The notes beneath the pieces were generated by a model. It was not told the DNA's origin, did not search any database, and worked only from the letters and a program-made list of their open reading frames with translations. Of a stretch of DNA of 30,116 bases, positions 25,986-30,116 are shown piece after piece. The stretch lies in the IMG/VR virus record IMGVR_UViG_3300031519_000146, positions 1-30,116 of that record; one strand, written 5' to 3'. The stretch comes from a virus (lineage: Duplodnaviria; Caudoviricetes). A program made the translations under genes and the position numbers. The stretch's first letter is position 1; every line of letters starts with the position of its first letter.

Positions 25986-28900
25986 TACGCTGCACCATAG
26001 GGGCTAAGTATTCCACCCGGCCTTTTTTGTCTTTGTAGTTCTGCTTGTACTGCGGAGGAAATAGCTCTTCCGAGATTTCCGCCCTGTTGATCGTTTGACA
26101 CTACACTGTCCTTTGATTGTCCGTCTGAGGACATATTTACATTTACAGAAACATTACTAGTTTGTTGTGACCCTGCTCCAACGACAGGAATTGATTTCCC
26201 ATCTGGTAGTGGAACTACTGCTTCGTTCATTCTGCCTTCTCCTATTAAGCCTACTGTTGGCTTGTTAATAATACCACCATTTGCGTAGGCTTTCATACCT
26301 CCAGACATAATACCTCCAGAAGCAAAACCAAATATTCCTCCAAAAAGACTTGCCATACCACCGCCGCCACCGCCAAATAAACCCCCTAGAAGATCGGGCA
26401 GACCTTTGAAAAGACCTCCTAAACCAGAAGTAAGATTTCCGAAAAGATTACCCATTTTTCCTAAGAACCCGCCTTCAGCATTTTTATCAAATATTGCGCC
26501 AAAGTCGCTAACAAAGGTACCAAATATTCCTTTAGTAGGACCAGCAGCGTCTGGAGGAAGGATAGTAGTGCCTATATTTTCTGCCCCTGGAAGACCTAGA
26601 GACTTAGGGGTAGCTCCTTGGCTCAATGGGCCGTCTTTTTGTTCTTCCACTGCTTTAAGACAAGACAAGGTAGCAGTTTCTATTTCAGTAATAGCTGCTG
26701 TAGCCAAAGGAGGAAAGTCATTAACCAAGGGGCCAAATACTTCATCCCCTTTCATTAAGGGAGTACTGCCTCCCGCTGATGGCCCAAATACTTCATTCCC
26801 TCTCATTAAGGGAGTTCGTACAGTTCCACCATCAGAATCTATCATATCGGCTAGAGTACCTCTCGTCGGGGTTACAGGAACTGATGTATCAGTAAAAACA
26901 GGAGGACCATTAGGAAAATCAATAATGCCTCCAGTACTAGCCGGTGGAGTAACTGGTGGAGTAACTGGTGGAACTACGGGCGCAGCGACTTTAGCTTGAG
27001 CTGCGGTTGTTGGTTGAGGTATACAAACATCTTCGAATGCTTTCCTAATCTTCATACTAACTACTTCAGCGCCGGCTTCGTGTGCTCTAAATAACTTTGT
27101 CGCAGGATCTTGGAATAAGCCTATAGCTCCTAAGAGTTTTTCTGACATACTTTTTGCTAAGGTATCCGCTATACTTTCAAAAACCGACTTAGCAATTTTA
27201 GCTACAGCATCTTTTAAACTAGACTCATCGCCTTTTAAGAGATCAGCTATATTAGTAGTTAAAGAACTTTCTAAGCTATTCTTTATAGCTAGGTCGAGCT
27301 GTTTAATTAAACTCTCTTGATCCGATAGAACATCTCTTTGTGCCTTTAAAGTAAGTAGCTGATTTTCAAGTATTGCTTGCTTATCCGCATCTACTTTAAT
27401 GCCGGACGATTTTGCTACCTGTAATTGGGTCTCTATATCCACCATCTTAATGGTAAGATTAGTTATATCCTTTGTTCGTTTAAGTCTTGCTTTTTCATAA
27501 TTAGAAGCACCTCTAAGGCCTTTCTGATAGTTCTTTTCCGCTATACCTTTTTGTTTTGCCGCTGTAACTTCTAAAGATCTCAAGCGTGATATTAGAGCAA
27601 TCTGAGCATTTAGGGCATCTATTTGTCTGTCTACTTTCGTTTGGTCTAGATTTGAAGAATTAAGTACGGCTTTCAACTCTTTCTCTATAACTAATCTTTT
27701 GCGGAGAGTCTCTTCAAGCTGTCTACTTTTAGTATCGTATTGCAGTATACTTAGTATAGCCTTGTCATAAGCTCTATTATCGTCTATTCTAGCTTGAGTT
27801 AGGCCCCCGAGGATAGTTGATTGCTCCGCCATTGCTATAGCTAATTCATTGTATTTCTCTAGTTGTTTATCATTCAGTTTCGTACCGAGTGCTAGTATGT
27901 TGTTTAATTCTATGAACGCCTGGGCATCCTTTGTCTGATCGAGTCCAAGCTCTTTTAGCGCACTAGTTAGAAGTTTACCGCTACGGGCTAAGTCTAGCAG
28001 CGCCGTCTCTGCTGCTTCAATCGCCTTTGCGGTTGTACCTGCCTTACCTGTAAAATCAAGTATACTATCAAGCAAAGGTAACATGATCGAAAAATAACCA
28101 CCCTTACCATCAAATGAGTTCTGATAAGCCTCAGACGTCTTAGTAGCTTCTTCCATAGACTTGCTGAGTGCACTCACGTTTTGAGTTACAGAACTGATTA
28201 ATACGCCGACGGTTTTGAATGTGTCTGCCCCGACACCAGATTTTTCAATAAGTACTTTTTGAACCTCTACTAATTTACTATACTCTGTGACCAGCTTACC
28301 TTGACGCTTAGCCATTTCATCAAACGCCTCTACTTGATCTGTTATTTCTTTTGTAGCTTCTTTTCCGAAAAGAGCCTTAAAAGGAATCAGCAAAAGTTCA
28401 GCTGCTATTGCTACCAATCCAATTCCTGACACTATAGATAGTAGTCTACCCGCCCACTTTGCGAAAAAGCCTGCTACTTCTATAGCCGCAACTTTTATAG
28501 CTAGAAGCCCTGAAATAGCTTTTTGTGACATTATTTGAAAGGAAAGCCCGATAGATCGTGCACTTTGAACTAAGGATACAGTTATAGACTGAGCAGTAGT
28601 TTGGGCATTAGTCAGCATCATTTTAAGATTTGTTTTTAATATAACTCTTTCTTGTTTAGTCAATTTCTCGAAGGTTTTTGTTTTCTTCTCCAAGGAAGTT
28701 ATAATGCTTTTAATTTGTCTTTGGTTTAGCTTTTCACCATCTTGTAGCGCTTTAAGGCTAGTCCTTGCCCGGCCTTTCTCGAGTTTGGATGCTATTCCTT
28801 GTGCGTTACCCTCAGGGCTTCCAGGCTGAATTGAAGCTTTCTTTGCAGTCAGCTTATCGATCTTTTGTTGAGCTTCCGTCATATCTGCAACTACGGCTGC

Positions 28901-29854
28901 GGTAGCTTCTGAAGTAACCGCTCTCCAGTTTTCTAAGCTAGGTATAATTGATTTAATAATAGGTACTGCGAAAAGAAACATAACGGCTATCAAAGCCTCT
29001 ACATTGTTAGTAAAGAATTTGGCTACTGGAGAGGCGATTACTTCTACAAAACTTTTTATAACTTTTAGGGCATCATCAAACGAAACAGCTAATTCAGTAA
29101 AGGAGTTGTTCTCAGGAGACATAATATCGTTAATTCTAGAAAACTTGTCCTCTAACTGTGAACTAACTTCTACAAATACGGCTTGTTTTTGTTCTGCTAA
29201 AGTGAGGGCATCTCCTACCTTACCTAAAGATATTGCGAATTTTTCTTTTGCTTCAGTTAAGCGAAGTGTAATACCTAATTCATCTAGAAGTTCGGGTTCT
29301 GCTTTTGTAACACCCCTAACTAATCGATTAAAGGAATCAGTCACATCTCTACCCAGAATTTGAGAGACGTTTTTTGCGCCTTTAGCAAGGGTTTCAAGCT
29401 GCATACCAGATAGTCCAGAAGCGACACCAATAGCGGCAGCCTGGGCAGCATCCTTGAACTCTAGTAGTCCACCGGCTGCTTTTCTAATATCTGAGGTTAA
29501 GACTCCAAGTGCCACACCAGTTACAGATGCGTAGGCTACTTGACCTTCTTGAAGAACTCTCAAGTCTCCTGCGTCTTTTAAGAAACCGAATAAGGCGGTA
29601 ACGGCAAATATGTTGGCTGCTAGAGTTGCGTAGGCAGGTACAAGACCCCCTGTGATGCCCTGAGCCATTTTAGAGAAGCCTTTACCTGTAGATAGACTAG
29701 TCTGTCCGACACCCTTCATCTGCCTTTCAGTGTTTTTTGCTGAGTTACCTGCTTTTTCCAGGCCTCTTCCCAACTGTTTAGCAGACTTTTCAGTCAATCG
29801 CATAGTGCCATCGTCACTAACGATTACGGAGACTTTTACTTGTTTATCAGCCAT
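25985..29854 (-). CDS. Tape measure protein (1289 aa)
   Basis: Long Ala/Leu/Lys helical protein. N-terminal GGLVPAYATLAAN..LGRDVTDSFNRLVRGVTKAEPELLDELGI resembles T5 pb2; C-terminal FASGG..ANGG..GEG..EAVVPL..RQKRPGGIL resembles lambdoid gpH. Canonical position between the chaperone and the distal tail protein. Confidence 0.93.
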   Translation of the reverse strand: MADKQVKVSVIVSDDGTMRLTEKSAKQLGRGLEKAGNSAKNTERQMKGVGQTSLSTGKGFSKMAQGITGGLVPAYATLAANIFAVTALFGFLKDAGDLRVLQEGQVAYASVTGVALGVLTSDIRKAAGGLLEFKDAAQAAAIGVASGLSGMQLETLAKGAKNVSQILGRDVTDSFNRLVRGVTKAEPELLDELGITLRLTEAKEKFAISLGKVGDALTLAEQKQAVFVEVSSQLEDKFSRINDIMSPENNSFTELAVSFDDALKVIKSFVEVIASPVAKFFTNNVEALIAVMFLFAVPIIKSIIPSLENWRAVTSEATAAVVADMTEAQQKIDKLTAKKASIQPGSPEGNAQGIASKLEKGRARTSLKALQDGEKLNQRQIKSIITSLEKKTKTFEKLTKQERVILKTNLKMMLTNAQTTAQSITVSLVQSARSIGLSFQIMSQKAISGLLAIKVAAIEVAGFFAKWAGRLLSIVSGIGLVAIAAELLLIPFKALFGKEATKEITDQVEAFDEMAKRQGKLVTEYSKLVEVQKVLIEKSGVGADTFKTVGVLISSVTQNVSALSKSMEEATKTSEAYQNSFDGKGGYFSIMLPLLDSILDFTGKAGTTAKAIEAAETALLDLARSGKLLTSALKELGLDQTKDAQAFIELNNILALGTKLNDKQLEKYNELAIAMAEQSTILGGLTQARIDDNRAYDKAILSILQYDTKSRQLEETLRKRLVIEKELKAVLNSSNLDQTKVDRQIDALNAQIALISRLRSLEVTAAKQKGIAEKNYQKGLRGASNYEKARLKRTKDITNLTIKMVDIETQLQVAKSSGIKVDADKQAILENQLLTLKAQRDVLSDQESLIKQLDLAIKNSLESSLTTNIADLLKGDESSLKDAVAKIAKSVFESIADTLAKSMSEKLLGAIGLFQDPATKLFRAHEAGAEVVSMKIRKAFEDVCIPQPTTAAQAKVAAPVVPPVTPPVTPPASTGGIIDFPNGPPVFTDTSVPVTPTRGTLADMIDSDGGTVRTPLMRGNEVFGPSAGGSTPLMKGDEVFGPLVNDFPPLATAAITEIETATLSCLKAVEEQKDGPLSQGATPKSLGLPGAENIGTTILPPDAAGPTKGIFGTFVSDFGAIFDKNAEGGFLGKMGNLFGNLTSGLGGLFKGLPDLLGGLFGGGGGGMASLFGGIFGFASGGIMSGGMKAYANGGIINKPTVGLIGEGRMNEAVVPLPDGKSIPVVGAGSQQTSNVSVNVNMSSDGQSKDSVVSNDQQGGNLGRAISSAVQAELQRQKRPGGILSPYGAA
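26731..26815. repeat. Imperfect 51-bp-period tandem duplication in the tape measure gene (TPLMRGNEVFGP / TPLMKGDEVFGP)
   Basis: ggccaaatacttcatcccctttcattaagggagt (26731-26764) versus gcccaaatacttcattccctctcattaagggagt (26782-26815). Confidence 0.8.
26943..26975. repeat. 12-bp tandem repeat (ggtggagtaact) x~2.5 encoding VPPVTPPVTPP
   Basis: Visible directly in the sequence. Confidence 0.75.
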
Positions 29855-30116
29855 TATCCCTTCACATTATGGACGTATTGTTTTCCGCCCGCTGTAGCTT
29901 TTCTCTCATCAGCTTTTCGTTTGTTCTCTACTTTTTGATTGACTTTTTTGGTATAGTAGCCTTCCATCTTTGAAACGAATAGTACTACTAATCTTTTGTC
30001 TTCTACATTAAAAAGATCTAGAAAGAAATTTGCGGAAGACCAGTCTTTGCCAAAATAACCCCCCGACATAGAATCCCATCTGTCGGGTAAATAACCAAAA
30101 ATTGTAAAGGCTAACT
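29854..30116 (-). CDS. Tail assembly chaperone (gpT-like, T5-like phages), 5'-partial
   Basis: The frame stays open to the right edge (LAFTIFGYLPDRWDSMSGGYFGKDWS...). It lies immediately upstream of the tape measure gene with TAATG coupling. Confidence 0.7.
   Translation of the reverse strand, partial: LAFTIFGYLPDRWDSMSGGYFGKDWSSANFFLDLFNVEDKRLVVLFVSKMEGYYTKKVNQKVENKRKADERKATAGGKQYVHNVKG

Noticed and set aside
37-29363. All plus-strand ORFs in the track (e.g. 37-510, 14357-14845, 26406-26999) and the small nested minus-strand ORFs
   Set aside because: They lie entirely within long minus-strand genes that have coherent motifs, RBSs and coupling. They show no recognisable domains and are best explained as shadow ORFs.
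30067-30069. ATG given as the start of the 71-aa ORF
   Set aside because: The frame is open to the window edge and the LPDRW motif lies upstream, so the gene is 5'-truncated by the window.
1-30116. Stop-codon reassignment, introns/inteins or RNA genes
   Set aside because: Genes tile the window nearly completely in the standard code, with TAA, TGA and TAG all used as stops. I saw no intein or homing-endonuclease motifs, and the only sizeable gap holds the promoter.

Overview
The window is a ~30 kb, entirely minus-strand virion-structural region of a large tailed (siphovirus-type) bacteriophage. Read right to left it encodes: a partial tail assembly chaperone; a 1289-aa tape measure protein with a T5 pb2-like N-terminus and a lambda gpH-like C-terminus; a 2975-aa protein in which a distal-tail (gpM/Dit-like) domain is fused to Ig/Calx-beta-like repeats, beta-propellers and two PKD+DUF285/BspA-like modules; a second, stand-alone gpM-like protein; then gpL, gpK (JAB+NlpC/P60), gpI and a 2190-aa gpJ-like central fibre. 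A near-consensus sigma70 promoter (TTGACT-17-TATAAT) then starts a separate, tightly coupled cassette. It encodes a BppU-like adaptor, an acidic SPOUT/TrmL-fold methyltransferase-like protein, 546-aa and 652-aa beta-rich proteins, a 191-aa hypothetical protein and a >=789-aa beta-rich protein that the ORF track missed. The best novelty candidates are the duplicated Dit with a giant adhesin fusion, the SPOUT-fold enzyme coupled to putative appendage genes, and an apparent excess of Ser-Pro motifs in virion proteins. All family calls are from motif recognition by eye; no searches were run.
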